Shown here: piece after piece, positions 47,020-56,640 of the stretch | Numbering within the stretch: position 1 is the stretch's first letter | Layout of the letters: each line of letters starts with the position of its first letter | Assembly (NCBI GenBank): GCA_022601345.1 | Contig: JAJACU010000039.1 | Location: forward strand, 25,741-89,740 | DNA from: Chlamydiota bacterium | GTDB lineage: Bacteria; Chlamydiota; Chlamydiia; Chlamydiales; JAAZZY01 | Length of the DNA stretch: 64,000 nucleotides | Reading direction: 5' to 3' | The notes under the pieces: model-generated | Database searches by the model: none | Seen by the model: the letters and a program-made list of their open reading frames with translations, nothing else | Told to the model about the DNA's origin: nothing | Made by a program: the position numbers and the translations under genes

Positions 47020-47262
47020 TTATTCCTTAGCAACAAAGGGCAAAATCGCCATGTATCTTGCTTTTTTAATAGCTCCAGTAAGTTTCTTTTGATAATACGC
47101 AGAAACTCCTGTGATACGTCTGGGTAAAATTTTACCTCTTTCTGTTATAAAGCGAGTAAGTAAATCTACATCTTTGTAGTCCACTTCCTTGATCCCTTCA
47201 GATTTAAAAGGACAACTCTTTTTCTTCTTACGAGAAAAGCTTGATCTTTTTCGTTTCATCAT
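47020..47262 (-). CDS. rpsR: 30S ribosomal protein S18
   Basis: [49 protein letters not shown]. Confidence 0.92.
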   Translation of the reverse strand: MMKRKRSSFSRKKKKSCPFKSEGIKEVDYKDVDLLTRFITERGKILPRRITGVSAYYQKKLTGAIKKARYMAILPFVAKE

Positions 47263-47272
47263 AATTGTCCTC

Positions 47273-47611
47273 CTATTCCGATGCCGATTTAAAAGTTACT
47301 TCTTCTTGCACTTTGTCTGCTCGAAGCGTCATAAAACGCAACAAGTCTTCATGAAGATGATAGTTTTTCCAAAGTTCATCTATCTGGCAGGGATTGATAG
47401 AAAAGTAGAGCACAAAGTAGTGACCTTCTTTTCGTCCACGGATATCATAAGCTAATTTACAACGACCTAAATCGTGCTGCTTATGCACTTCCCCTCCTCG
47501 CTCAACGATACCATTTTGGATTTTCTCCATAGCATTGCTTCTGGCATCTTCGCTTAGCGTGGTACTTATTATATACATACCTTCGTAAAGGTAATTCCTA
47601 TTGTTCTTCAT
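47273..47611 (-). CDS. rpsF: 30S ribosomal protein S6
   Basis: YEGMYII...[18 protein letters not shown], and its position upstream of rpsR-rplI. Confidence 0.9.
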   Translation of the reverse strand: MKNNRNYLYEGMYIISTTLSEDARSNAMEKIQNGIVERGGEVHKQHDLGRCKLAYDIRGRKEGHYFVLYFSINPCQIDELWKNYHLHEDLLRFMTLRADKVQEEVTFKSASE

Positions 47612-47629
47612 GGATCTCCTATTTTTTAA

Positions 47630-48211
47630 TTAATCCATTTTTGTATTCACTTGGTTCATTGTCTTCTCAAGTCCAATATCCAACCATCTTTCAATAGCTT
47701 GAACACCTTTGTCGAGAAAATGTCCCAAATGAGCTACTTCCTTTGTGTTAAACTTCTCTAACACATAGTCCTCTAAAATCATTCGTCCAGGCTGGCCAAC
47801 TCCCATTTTGAGTCTTGCATAGTCCTTTCCGATATGACTTTCTATATTCTTCAATCCGTTGTGACCACCGCTTCCACCTTTAGGTTTGATCATTACTTCT
47901 TCAAACTCCAAGGCAACATCGTCGACAACAACGAGAATGTCTTTAACTTTAATTTTATAAAAATCAATACACTTTCTAACTGAAAGCCCACTCAAATTCA
48001 TAAATGTTTGAGGCTTGAGCAAGTATACTTTATGCTCATTAACCTCTGTTTTTGCAACTTCGCCTTTAAAGCGAACTTGATTTTTAAATTCTATCTGTCG
48101 CTCTTTTGCAAATTCATCTAAAACAAGAAACCCCAAATTATGCCTTGTGTATGCATATTTTGTTCCCGGATTTCCGAGTCCTATAATTAACTTAGAGCTA
48201 TGTCCTTCCAT
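47630..48211 (-). CDS. pth: peptidyl-tRNA hydrolase
   Basis: LIIGLGNPGTKYAYTRHNLGF, PQTFMNLSG, DDVALEF, GGHNGLK. Confidence 0.92.
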   Translation of the reverse strand: MEGHSSKLIIGLGNPGTKYAYTRHNLGFLVLDEFAKERQIEFKNQVRFKGEVAKTEVNEHKVYLLKPQTFMNLSGLSVRKCIDFYKIKVKDILVVVDDVALEFEEVMIKPKGGSGGHNGLKNIESHIGKDYARLKMGVGQPGRMILEDYVLEKFNTKEVAHLGHFLDKGVQAIERWLDIGLEKTMNQVNTKMD

Positions 48212-48214
48212 CCG

Positions 48215-48775
48215 TTATCGTTTTGCAATAATTACAGCAACTTCATTTAAATTCATTAATGGACGAACGTTATCAGGTAAATTAATACTTGAAAGCCTTC
48301 TTGATTGGTTTAACTTCATATCCACAACATTAATTTCAAACGTATCAGGAATATTTTTCGGCAAACACTTCACTTTTAAGTAACGAAGTACAGGTCGTAT
48401 TACACCACCAAGCTTTACCCCAGCACAATCTGCTGTTCCCTTTAAGCTTAAAGGAATATTTATATTGATTTCTTTGTCTTCTTTCAGCTCAAGAAAATCA
48501 ATATGAAGGATGTTATATGTTGTTGGGTGATACTGAATTTCTTTTACGATAGCTTGAACTGATTGCCCTTTTTCATCTTCTAGTTTAAATTTTTTAGAAG
48601 AGAGGTGACCTTTTTGAGTGTGCCTTAAGTGGGTGTGAAATTCATCTGCACGTACAACTATTCTTCTATTTGCTTGACCACTTGAATAAACTACAGCAGG
48701 TATTGAGCCTTCACGACGAACTCTCTTAGCATCTTTTTTAATTTGAGATTCTCTCTCTTTAACTAGTAATTTCAT
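48215..48775 (-). CDS. rplY: 50S ribosomal protein L25 / general stress protein Ctc
   Basis: RREGSIPAVVYS...VKEIQYHPTTYNILHIDF, and its position next to pth. Confidence 0.86.
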   Translation of the reverse strand: MKLLVKERESQIKKDAKRVRREGSIPAVVYSSGQANRRIVVRADEFHTHLRHTQKGHLSSKKFKLEDEKGQSVQAIVKEIQYHPTTYNILHIDFLELKEDKEININIPLSLKGTADCAGVKLGGVIRPVLRYLKVKCLPKNIPDTFEINVVDMKLNQSRRLSSINLPDNVRPLMNLNEVAVIIAKR

Positions 48776-48804
48776 TGTTTAGACTCCAAAACATTAATTA
48801 ATTT

Positions 48805-49752
48805 TTAGTTCGCAAATAAAGAAGAAATAGAGCTTCCATGTAGTATTGATTTTACTGCTTCTCCAAAAATACTGGCAATAGAAACAATTTCTATTTTAGG
48901 GTGATTAACCGCTGCCTTTTGGGAAATAGTATTACTCACAAAAATCTTCTCAATTTGACTTTTTTCTATTTTTTCTAAAGCTTGAGCAGCAAACAGTCCA
49001 TGTGAAATCATCGCATGAACAGATAAAGCTCCCGCTCTTTTACAAGCATCAGCTGCTTTACATAACGTTGTTGCTGTGCTACATATATCATCAATAAATA
49101 GCACATTTTTCTGCTTAACACTCCCAATAATGGGTGATAATTCTACTTGATCTCCATCCAGTCTTCTTTTATCAATGATAATAAGATCAGACTCAATACG
49201 ATCTGACACAGCTTTTGCAAGCTTTGTACTTCCAACATCAGGAGCACCAACAATTAGCTGATCAAAATTTAATTTTCTTATGGCTTTAATAAGTTCAGGC
49301 CTCGCATGGAGGTTGTCTGTCGGTATGTCGAAGAAACCTTGAACTTGATCCGTATGCAGATCCATCGTAACAACACGATCTGCTCCAGCCTTCTCAATCA
49401 AATTAGCGACTAATTTCGCGGTGATTGGAACTCTTCCTTTGTCCTTTCTGTCTTGGCGAGAATAAGCGTAGTAGGGAATCAGAACAATTATAGACTCTGC
49501 TGAGGCCCTTCTTAAAGCATCAATCATAATCAGAAGTTCCATTAGATACGTGTTGGGATTGTGCGCTAAACTTTGCAGTACAAAACAGGCCTTACCACGA
49601 ACATTCTCTTGAATTTGAACAAAAGTCTCCCCATCAGGAAAAGTCTTTGAAATTAACTTTCCCAAAGGAATCTGACTATATTCTGATATTTCCTTAGCGA
49701 GTTCGTAATGCGAACTTCCACTAAATAAACAAACTTCTTGCACTTTAGACAT
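48805..49752 (-). CDS. prs: ribose-phosphate pyrophosphokinase
   Basis: FPDGETFVQI, LIPYYAYSRQDRK, DLHTDQVQGFF, and the PRPP loop VLFIDDICSTATT. Confidence 0.92.
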   Translation of the reverse strand: MSKVQEVCLFSGSSHYELAKEISEYSQIPLGKLISKTFPDGETFVQIQENVRGKACFVLQSLAHNPNTYLMELLIMIDALRRASAESIIVLIPYYAYSRQDRKDKGRVPITAKLVANLIEKAGADRVVTMDLHTDQVQGFFDIPTDNLHARPELIKAIRKLNFDQLIVGAPDVGSTKLAKAVSDRIESDLIIIDKRRLDGDQVELSPIIGSVKQKNVLFIDDICSTATTLCKAADACKRAGALSVHAMISHGLFAAQALEKIEKSQIEKIFVSNTISQKAAVNHPKIEIVSIASIFGEAVKSILHGSSISSLFAN

Positions 49753-49786
49753 TTAAATTTTTTTCTCGAGAAATTTAAAAATTAAA

Positions 49787-49858
49787 TTGGGGTGGCAGGA
49801 TTCGAACCTGCGATACACGGTACCAAAAACCGTTGCCTTACCACTTGGCTACACCCCA
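49787..49858 (-). tRNA. tRNA-Gln (anticodon UUG), CCA not encoded
   Basis: Reverse complement: TGGGGTG TAGCCAAGTGGTAAGGCA ACGGT TTTTGGT ACCGT ... GCAGG TTCGAAT CCTGC CACCCCA A. It folds as a cloverleaf with a 7-bp acceptor stem, T-loop TTCGAAT and anticodon loop TT-TTG-GT. Very similar to E. coli tRNA-Gln. Confidence 0.9.
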
Positions 49859-50081
49859 ACAAAATTTAAGCCCAATATTTTAATTTAAGCTCTCAATTAT
49901 TTCAAGAAAGATTCTCAATGAAAAAAAAATAGCTGCTTTTTGTCGTTCATTTTTTTTAAAAATCTCTCTGGTTTAATGCATTGCTTCAAATATAGTTACA
50001 GAGTAATTCTTTTCTTGAAAAAGAACCTATTCTATTATATACAGTAAAGTTAACACACAAGACATTAGAGTTAAGCTATTT

Positions 50082-51545
50082 ATGAAAATAATATATATAT
50101 CTAGTGAGATTAGCCCAATTGCAAAAGTTGGAGGGCTTGCTGATGTATCTTTAGGACTAAGCCGAGCAGTCCAAGCATTAGGAAATGAAGTTAGCATCAT
50201 CCTACCCAAATACAAATGCCTTAAAAATAGCTACTTGGAACATTTAAAGCTTTTAGATGTTGAATACAAAGTGAAGTTTGGGGCGACTACATATACAGTG
50301 AAAGTTTGGGAGGCTATGCTACACGGGCTAAAGCTATACCTAATAGATGCGAGCAGCCCTAAATCATTTTTTGACTCCCCTACTATATATGGACAAAGAA
50401 ACGACTCACAACGTTTTGCATTTTTTTCATTAGCGTCTCTTGAATTTATTAGTAAATACCATAGCGACACAGAGCTTTTACATATTAACGAATGGCATAC
50501 AGCACTTGCAGCTCCCTTATATAAAGAAAAATATAGATATAAGTTTGATGCAAAAATTATGTTTACAATTCATAACATGAATTACCAAGGTGTCACAGGC
50601 GCTTCACTTTTAAAAAAGGTAGGGCTCGATACTGATAAATATTTACCTCAGTGTTCTCATCCTGGATCCCCTACTAAAATAAATCTTATCAAAACAGGTA
50701 TTTGTTTTTCGGACTATATCAATACGGTGTCTCCTAAGTACTATGAAGAAATCAAAGTCCCTAAAAACGGGCATGGGCTCGAGAGTCTTGTGCAAGAAAA
50801 TGAAAAAAAATTTACAGGGATTCTCAATGGCATTGACTACGAAATATGGAACCCAAAACTTGATAAATCTTTAAACACAAATTACAGTTTTGATCACCTT
50901 GAAAATAAGTATGCCGCTAAAGCCTATTTAAGAGAGCATCTTAAAATGCCTCAAACAAACCAAGTGCCAATTGTTACTTGCATCTGTAGACTTGTTCCTC
51001 AAAAAGGCATTAGAATGATAAAACATGCCATTGAATGCACTTTAAAATCTAATGGCCAATTCATCTTATTTGGTTCCAGTCCCATTCCTAAAATTCAAAG
51101 TGACTTTGAAAAGCTTGCTAAAAAGCATGCTGACAATCCAAATGCACAATTTATTTTTGATTCTTATAATGAAGAGTTGTCTCACCAAGTTTATGCTGGA
51201 GCAGATATGTTAATTTGCCCATCTATTTTTGAACCTTGCGGACTCACTCAACTTATAGCCCTACAGTACGGCACCATACCTATTGTACGACAAACCGGTG
51301 GGCTTGCAGACACCATTTTTGATATTGAAAACCATGAAGACTCAGATAAACTTGGAAATGGATTTTCATACCTACCCCCAACTCAAAAAGCTATCGAACA
51401 AACTCTTCATAGAGCATTTAAAATTTATTTCAAAAATCCTATGCTATGGAAGAGAACAATTCAAAGAGGAATGAATATGGACTTTAGCTGGAAAAATTCA
51501 GCAGAAAAGTATTTTGAAATTTACCGCAAGCTTACACATAAATAG
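50082..51545 (+). CDS. glgA: glycogen synthase
   Basis: MKIIYISSEISPIAKVGGLADV, HNMNYQG, RLVPQKG, PSIFEPCGLTQL, TGGLADT. Confidence 0.92.
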   Translation: MKIIYISSEISPIAKVGGLADVSLGLSRAVQALGNEVSIILPKYKCLKNSYLEHLKLLDVEYKVKFGATTYTVKVWEAMLHGLKLYLIDASSPKSFFDSPTIYGQRNDSQRFAFFSLASLEFISKYHSDTELLHINEWHTALAAPLYKEKYRYKFDAKIMFTIHNMNYQGVTGASLLKKVGLDTDKYLPQCSHPGSPTKINLIKTGICFSDYINTVSPKYYEEIKVPKNGHGLESLVQENEKKFTGILNGIDYEIWNPKLDKSLNTNYSFDHLENKYAAKAYLREHLKMPQTNQVPIVTCICRLVPQKGIRMIKHAIECTLKSNGQFILFGSSPIPKIQSDFEKLAKKHADNPNAQFIFDSYNEELSHQVYAGADMLICPSIFEPCGLTQLIALQYGTIPIVRQTGGLADTIFDIENHEDSDKLGNGFSYLPPTQKAIEQTLHRAFKIYFKNPMLWKRTIQRGMNMDFSWKNSAEKYFEIYRKLTHK

Positions 51546-51548
51546 AAG

Positions 51549-52148
51549 CTACGACGATTCTTTATTTTGAATGATATTCCTTACATGCTTTTGATGAGCA
51601 TAAAAATAATCTACAGCCGAGTACAGTGTATAAAGAGCTGCGCAGCTAACTATGTACACACTTATAGTTCTGTAGTCTCCAATTGAAAGGCGCCCTAATG
51701 AATAGGGAATCATAAATACTACAATTAGAAAAATTGCTACTGCTTGAACAATTGCTTTAATTTTCCCGCTAGGCCTTGCAGCTAATGCAACGCCTCTAAG
51801 AGCACATATTGTTCGAAGGGTGCTGATCATAAAATCACGGTAAATAAACACAAAAATTAACAGCAAAGGCATCTTTAGAGGGCCTTGTGTAAAGGCCAAA
51901 AAACAAGAAATTCGCGAAATACTGTCTGCCATGGGATCTACAATTTTGCCAAAGTCGCTGACTTGATTATACTTTCTTGCAAAAAAACCATCAAAAGCAT
52001 CAGTTAATTCAGAAGAAGTTAGTAAACCCAAAAGTATATATGGTAAAACAGTTTGAGTGATTCCAAACTTTGCATACCACAAGTAAAATATTACAAATAC
52101 TGGGCTTAATACAATTCTTGTAAAAGTCAAAAAATTAGCTATGGTCAC
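51549..52148 (-). CDS. pgsA: CDP-diacylglycerol--glycerol-3-phosphate 3-phosphatidyltransferase (CDP-alcohol phosphatidyltransferase family)
   Basis: CDP-alcohol motif DAFDGFFARKYNQVSDFGKIVDPMADS. 199 aa, multi-TM. Confidence 0.82.
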   Translation of the reverse strand: MTIANFLTFTRIVLSPVFVIFYLWYAKFGITQTVLPYILLGLLTSSELTDAFDGFFARKYNQVSDFGKIVDPMADSISRISCFLAFTQGPLKMPLLLIFVFIYRDFMISTLRTICALRGVALAARPSGKIKAIVQAVAIFLIVVFMIPYSLGRLSIGDYRTISVYIVSCAALYTLYSAVDYFYAHQKHVRNIIQNKESS

Positions 52149-52248
52149 AGGTTCCCTATAAGTAGCGCGTAATTGTAGAATGGTTTATCAAATTAAGCTT
52201 TTAAATTTCAAGTAAACATCTTATACAGGGTCAACAAAAGTTAGTTTT

Positions 52249-53121
52249 ATGATCAACTCAGTAGTATCACCTCTGGTTTCTTTATTGCTCAGCATCTCTC
52301 TTTTTGCTGCCTATATTCTGCTAGGAAAATATTTAGTTCTGTCTATGCCCATTATTCAGCTTATATTTTTCTATCATATTGTTTCATCCTTAATACAGTT
52401 ATTTGAAATACGAAAGGATTTAAAGAAAAAAATACAGTTTGATCAAATAGGTCTTCAAGCTTTGATGAGCCTCATTTACTTGGGGTTCATTTTCTGTTTT
52501 TTGGGTTCGCTTTCTCACCTACCCCTAGTTAGCGCAGTAGCAATCTACCTAGCCTATCCCTTGTTTGTTCCTTGGGTCTTAAAAATGTGGATGGGCAAAA
52601 GGCTCAGCATGCCTATAACAATTGGAAGCTACATCGCATGGGTGGGAATAGTTTTTTCATTTAATCATAAACTCCAACTTAACAATGTTTTAGTTGTTGT
52701 TGCAGCTTTTGGAGCGGTGTTTAAAGCTATTTATCAAGCAGGGCGCGCTCGCCTTCAGGTTTCTGAACCTCCTTTAGTCCTTTGGGCTACAAAATTTTTC
52801 ACGATAACAATAGCTACTGTTTTGCTGCTTGTTGGGTCATGGAGTACCCCTCATTGGAAGATGTTTGTCATTATATTGCTTTTCTGTTGCATAGAGCAGG
52901 CTTATAAACTTACCCTTAAAGTGTGCTTTAAAAACTACAACCTTCTAAAAACAATAAACTTATTCAATTTATCGATCTTCTTTTGTGGAGCTCTTGACTA
53001 CTTTATTTTCCAGTCACTTCTTCCGTTTAAGTCAATATTATGCGCCGTTTTAATCTATTTGGGCATTTTTTTTACATTTTTGCAAAAAAATGTTTTATCA
53101 AATTCCGTCTATGACATATGA
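52249..53121 (+). CDS. DMT/EamA-like membrane transporter (about 10 TM)
   Basis: 290 aa, entirely hydrophobic helices in a 5+5 arrangement. Family assignment rests on topology only. Confidence 0.5.
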   Translation: MINSVVSPLVSLLLSISLFAAYILLGKYLVLSMPIIQLIFFYHIVSSLIQLFEIRKDLKKKIQFDQIGLQALMSLIYLGFIFCFLGSLSHLPLVSAVAIYLAYPLFVPWVLKMWMGKRLSMPITIGSYIAWVGIVFSFNHKLQLNNVLVVVAAFGAVFKAIYQAGRARLQVSEPPLVLWATKFFTITIATVLLLVGSWSTPHWKMFVIILLFCCIEQAYKLTLKVCFKNYNLLKTINLFNLSIFFCGALDYFIFQSLLPFKSILCAVLIYLGIFFTFLQKNVLSNSVYDI

Positions 53122-53157
53122 GCACCTTATAGAAAGGGTCAAGTCATAGGGGGCACA

Positions 53158-53424
53158 ATGGACAATCCATTCACAAAACATCCACACGAAGTTGGAGAGA
53201 GTTATTTTAAACACCTGCTTGAAGCGCTATACCTTTTTGCGCGCCTAACATACTCTGGATCAGTAATGCTTATCCACGCATTCATACCTTTTCTATTCAC
53301 TAAAACAGCATCAAATACTATTTTTTACTTTCATAAGAGGTTTACTGAACGCCTCAATTCTTTGGAGACCACAGAAAAAGAAGAAGATAGCTCAGAATCT
53401 GAAGCCATACTTACTGAAGAGTAG
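53158..53424 (+). CDS. small membrane-associated protein (DUF6356-like)
   Basis: 88 aa. FTKHPHEVGESYFKHLLEALYLFARL...LIHAFIPFLFTKTAS resembles a small conserved bacterial family as I remember it. Unverified. Confidence 0.45.
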   Translation: MDNPFTKHPHEVGESYFKHLLEALYLFARLTYSGSVMLIHAFIPFLFTKTASNTIFYFHKRFTERLNSLETTEKEEDSSESEAILTEE

Positions 53425-53427
53425 TAA

Positions 53428-53640
53428 CTAGACGCGGACGCTATAATCCGGAACGACCCTGTCATCGTCACGTGGATCTGTTGCTTCTTTAGGAGGAGCA
53501 GCCACAGCCTTCTCCTTTTCCTCACTAGGGACAGTGGGCACATCTTGAACAGTGCTGTATGTACGGGGATCCACTTCTGATGGAACAAGATCACTCCCAC
53601 TAGCATGGATTGAAGGAACATTCGAACTTACTGCTGACAT
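53428..53640 (-). CDS. hypothetical small Pro/Asp/Glu-rich protein
   Basis: 70-aa ORF in a locally GC-rich patch (hand count: 106 G+C in 210 nt). It competes with an overlapping 96-aa frame, so coding status is uncertain. Confidence 0.3.
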   Translation of the reverse strand: MSAVSSNVPSIHASGSDLVPSEVDPRTYSTVQDVPTVPSEEKEKAVAAPPKEATDPRDDDRVVPDYSVRV

Positions 53641-53758
53641 ATAAATTTCACCATTTGTAAAAAATATTGTAATTATCCTGCCCCATATTAGTCAAGGCAG
53701 CAATAAGTTGATTTTTATCAAGAATGCCTCTAACATTAAATTAAAAATACACTGCCAT

Positions 53759-54346
53759 ATGATCATACTTGCATCCACATCACCTAGACGAAGAGAGGTG
53801 CTTAATTTCTTTTCAGTACCTTTCAAACAAGCTCAACCAGACTTCGAAGAGTCATCTATTGAGTATTGTGGAGATCCTAAAGAGCACGTCATGCAGCTTT
53901 CTAAAGGAAAAGCTCTAAGCCTTCAAAAAAAATTCCCAGGCCAAACAATACTTGCTGCAGACACTCTTGTTTATTTTGAAGACGCAGTTTTAGGAAAACC
54001 AGAAGATGTAAATCATGCTTTTGAAATCCTAAAAAAACTTCAAGGGCATTGGCATCAGGTTTACACAGGAATCACTGTTGTCAATAACGATAAGATTGTT
54101 TCAGACTTTGATCAAACCAATATCTTGTTCAAAGATTGCACCGATCAAGAAATCCAAAAATATCTTGCTGGCATTTCTTGCTTGGATAAAGCCGGCGCAT
54201 ATGCTATTCAGATGGCTGGAAACATTATGGTAGATAAGCTCGAGGGTTGCTTTTATAACACTGTGGGCATGCCAATTAATACTCTTGAGAGAGCTTTAAA
54301 AGTATTTGGAATCAGTCTATGGGATTACTTAAAAAAGGATGCATAA
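53759..54346 (+). CDS. maf: Maf-like nucleoside triphosphate pyrophosphatase
   Basis: MIILASTSPRRREVL, ILAADT, KAGAYAIQ. The track ORF starts at a TTG (53708). ATG 53759 gives the canonical Maf N-terminus. Confidence 0.88.
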   Translation: MIILASTSPRRREVLNFFSVPFKQAQPDFEESSIEYCGDPKEHVMQLSKGKALSLQKKFPGQTILAADTLVYFEDAVLGKPEDVNHAFEILKKLQGHWHQVYTGITVVNNDKIVSDFDQTNILFKDCTDQEIQKYLAGISCLDKAGAYAIQMAGNIMVDKLEGCFYNTVGMPINTLERALKVFGISLWDYLKKDA

Positions 54347-56088
54347 CTTGCCTAATTACTCTGGCATGCATTAGTTGCAATAGTACAAAGCAAACGGCTA
54401 TGTCGATAAAAGACCAAGATCTTTTAAACCTAACCATTAAAAATTCAGTTTTAGCATACAGCACTGACCCTCAACTTGCAGAAGCAGAGGCTCAACTTCA
54501 AATGCAAGTACCTAAAAACCTACAACAAGCACTAACATTCTATAAACAGCAATACAAAAGCGTTGGTGTGCATGATTATGAAAGCCTTCAAAAAATTGGA
54601 TTTAAAATCTTACAAGAAGCCATTTTTCAAGAGGATGTAGAAGCCCAATTACTAAGCCTTTATGGTGTTGATCTAGCCAAACATCCGAAGCTAATGCCCG
54701 TTCTTGAGCAAGCTCTAGACAGCCCCTATAACCTTGTTCAAATGACTGCTATTCAAACCCTATCCAAGTTGCCTGACGACAAAGCCAATAAGCTTTTGAT
54801 TAAAGGTTGCAGCTCACCCTTTTTAGATGTGGCGCTTACCACAACCTATATCTTAGCCGAAAGAAGACACCCTGAGGTTTTTGGGCTCTTAGAGTCTTTG
54901 ATGAGCAAAGCCCCCCCTGAGTGCACCGAATTTTTTCCAGCTTTACTTGCACTAATAGACAATAACCAAGCAACAGCTAAATTGCGTAAACTAATGAGCC
55001 ATCCCAATGAACGTGTTCGCTCTGCATCTATTATTGCGGCAGCGGGATCACGCAGAACAGAATTGCTTTCGGATATAAGAGCGCTTTCTAAGCAACATAA
55101 CATCTACCTACAAGAAGCTTGCGCTTTTGCTCTTGGAGAGCTTCATGATGAAGCTTCAATTCCTACTCTAGAGCAAATTGCAAACTCTCCATCAGAATCT
55201 GCAAGCTTAGCTGCGCTAAATGCGCTTAGAAAACTGGGTTTTGAAAGTTCTACAGCAAAAATAGAAAAAAATGCACAAGATGGTAATTTGTTTGCTATTG
55301 GACTACTCAACAACTGCTCTTGTGACACAGATATATTAGTTTCTCTTGCAGCTCAAAATCAAAATAGGAATGTGGCCCTAAATGCAACTCTTGCGCTTTT
55401 ACAAAAAAAAGACCTGCGCTGCTTACCTCAGATTATCTCACTACTTAAAACAAGCGACCCCAACATCGTCATAAGCGAATTTCCATCTGCGGCAACAACA
55501 TTAACTGCAAAAAAAATAGCCTATAAAACTTCAGCTCGAACGCAAGAAAATTTTGCTTTAGAACAGGCATCTTTCGCTCTTAGGCAAAAAATTCTATCCG
55601 ACTGCACTGAGCTACCAGAGCAGGCTTTTTTAAAAGTAGCAAAAGCTATTGTAGAAGCTGACCAAAATGATCTTATTCCAGCAGTTATCAACCATCTTAT
55701 TGTAATGAAAACCTCAAATGCAAAAGAACTGCTCAAAGAATGGCAGCAAAAAGTGGGCTCTCCATATGTGCGAGCGTGGAGCAACCTGGCCCTTTTAAAA
55801 CTTAGTGAGCCTGGACCCTGGAAAGAAGATGTTCTAAAGTGGATCAAAAAAAGAAAATATCACAGGCTAGTTCGGCTAAAAGATTTTGCTCAGATGCATA
55901 AAAAAAAGCTTATAAACCCCTTTGAAATTAACCCAATGGAAACCTCGCAGCTTCTTCTAGAGTCATATCTTGCAATTGCTCAAACGCAAGACAGTGAAGG
56001 TATAGAAGTCATACTAGATAGCCTTGCTAATAACGAGCTCAAAAACCGCTATGCTATTGCTGGAGTCTTAATCCTTGCCTCACAATAA
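54319..56088 (+). CDS. HEAT/armadillo-like repeat protein with an N-terminal hydrophobic, Cys-containing signal-like segment
   Basis: 589 aa with repeated helical units (e.g. VRSASIIAAAGS, ACAFALGELHDEASIPTLEQI, SLAALNALRKLG). N-terminus MGLLKKGCITCLITLACISCNS. Overlaps the maf 3' end by 28 nt. Confidence 0.65.
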   Translation: MGLLKKGCITCLITLACISCNSTKQTAMSIKDQDLLNLTIKNSVLAYSTDPQLAEAEAQLQMQVPKNLQQALTFYKQQYKSVGVHDYESLQKIGFKILQEAIFQEDVEAQLLSLYGVDLAKHPKLMPVLEQALDSPYNLVQMTAIQTLSKLPDDKANKLLIKGCSSPFLDVALTTTYILAERRHPEVFGLLESLMSKAPPECTEFFPALLALIDNNQATAKLRKLMSHPNERVRSASIIAAAGSRRTELLSDIRALSKQHNIYLQEACAFALGELHDEASIPTLEQIANSPSESASLAALNALRKLGFESSTAKIEKNAQDGNLFAIGLLNNCSCDTDILVSLAAQNQNRNVALNATLALLQKKDLRCLPQIISLLKTSDPNIVISEFPSAATTLTAKKIAYKTSARTQENFALEQASFALRQKILSDCTELPEQAFLKVAKAIVEADQNDLIPAVINHLIVMKTSNAKELLKEWQQKVGSPYVRAWSNLALLKLSEPGPWKEDVLKWIKKRKYHRLVRLKDFAQMHKKKLINPFEINPMETSQLLLESYLAIAQTQDSEGIEVILDSLANNELKNRYAIAGVLILASQ

Positions 56089-56101
56089 ATGAATTGAAGG
56101 G

Positions 56102-56464
56102 CTATTCACTTTTCACTTCAATAACCATAACTTCTATCGGATAGCTATTTCTATTGATATCAGCGTGAAGCTGATTAGGTGGATCTTTTTCAAGCCACAA
56201 AGCAGATCCTTCTCTAAACTCTAAGTCATGTTCACGGCCATTTTGTTCAATAACTTGAAGGGTTCCTCCTTTTAAAGGAACAATTACTCTAGAGCTATTG
56301 TGGCGATGCATTGAAAGAGGCTGATTTGGCATGATAAGAGTTTTCCAAACTTTTACATATTTATTTTCAAACTGCAAAACTCGATTTGTAGATGGACTTT
56401 CGTGTGCATCTGAGAATAAATGCATAGAAGAAAATAAGAGTAGACACAAAGTAATTTTGAACAT
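56102..56464 (-). CDS. small secreted cupin-like protein
   Basis: Signal-like N-terminus (MFKITLCLLLFSSMHLFS), then a beta-rich body of about 95 aa with MHRH...L...E, typical of single-domain cupins. Confidence 0.55.
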   Translation of the reverse strand: MFKITLCLLLFSSMHLFSDAHESPSTNRVLQFENKYVKVWKTLIMPNQPLSMHRHNSSRVIVPLKGGTLQVIEQNGREHDLEFREGSALWLEKDPPNQLHADINRNSYPIEVMVIEVKSE

Positions 56465-56640
56465 AATGGCTCCTGCAAAAAATTAATCAAGCTCTAATTT
56501 TAGCTCCAATTTCCTTTTAAACGATAGCATTATAAAAAAGTTCGTGAAGCATACTGTGATCCTTTTTAATTAAGCTGATTTCGAAAATTACCTTTCTGTG
56601 GTAAGATGCGCACCAATAAAACTTTAATCTACTTTTTTAA

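Noticed and set aside
53331-53621. 96-aa minus-strand ORF overlapping the 70-aa ORF and the 3' end of the plus-strand gene at 53158..53424
   Set aside because: It overlaps the neighbouring CDS by about 94 nt and has no SD. The non-overlapping 70-aa frame is the more economical call, though itself weak.
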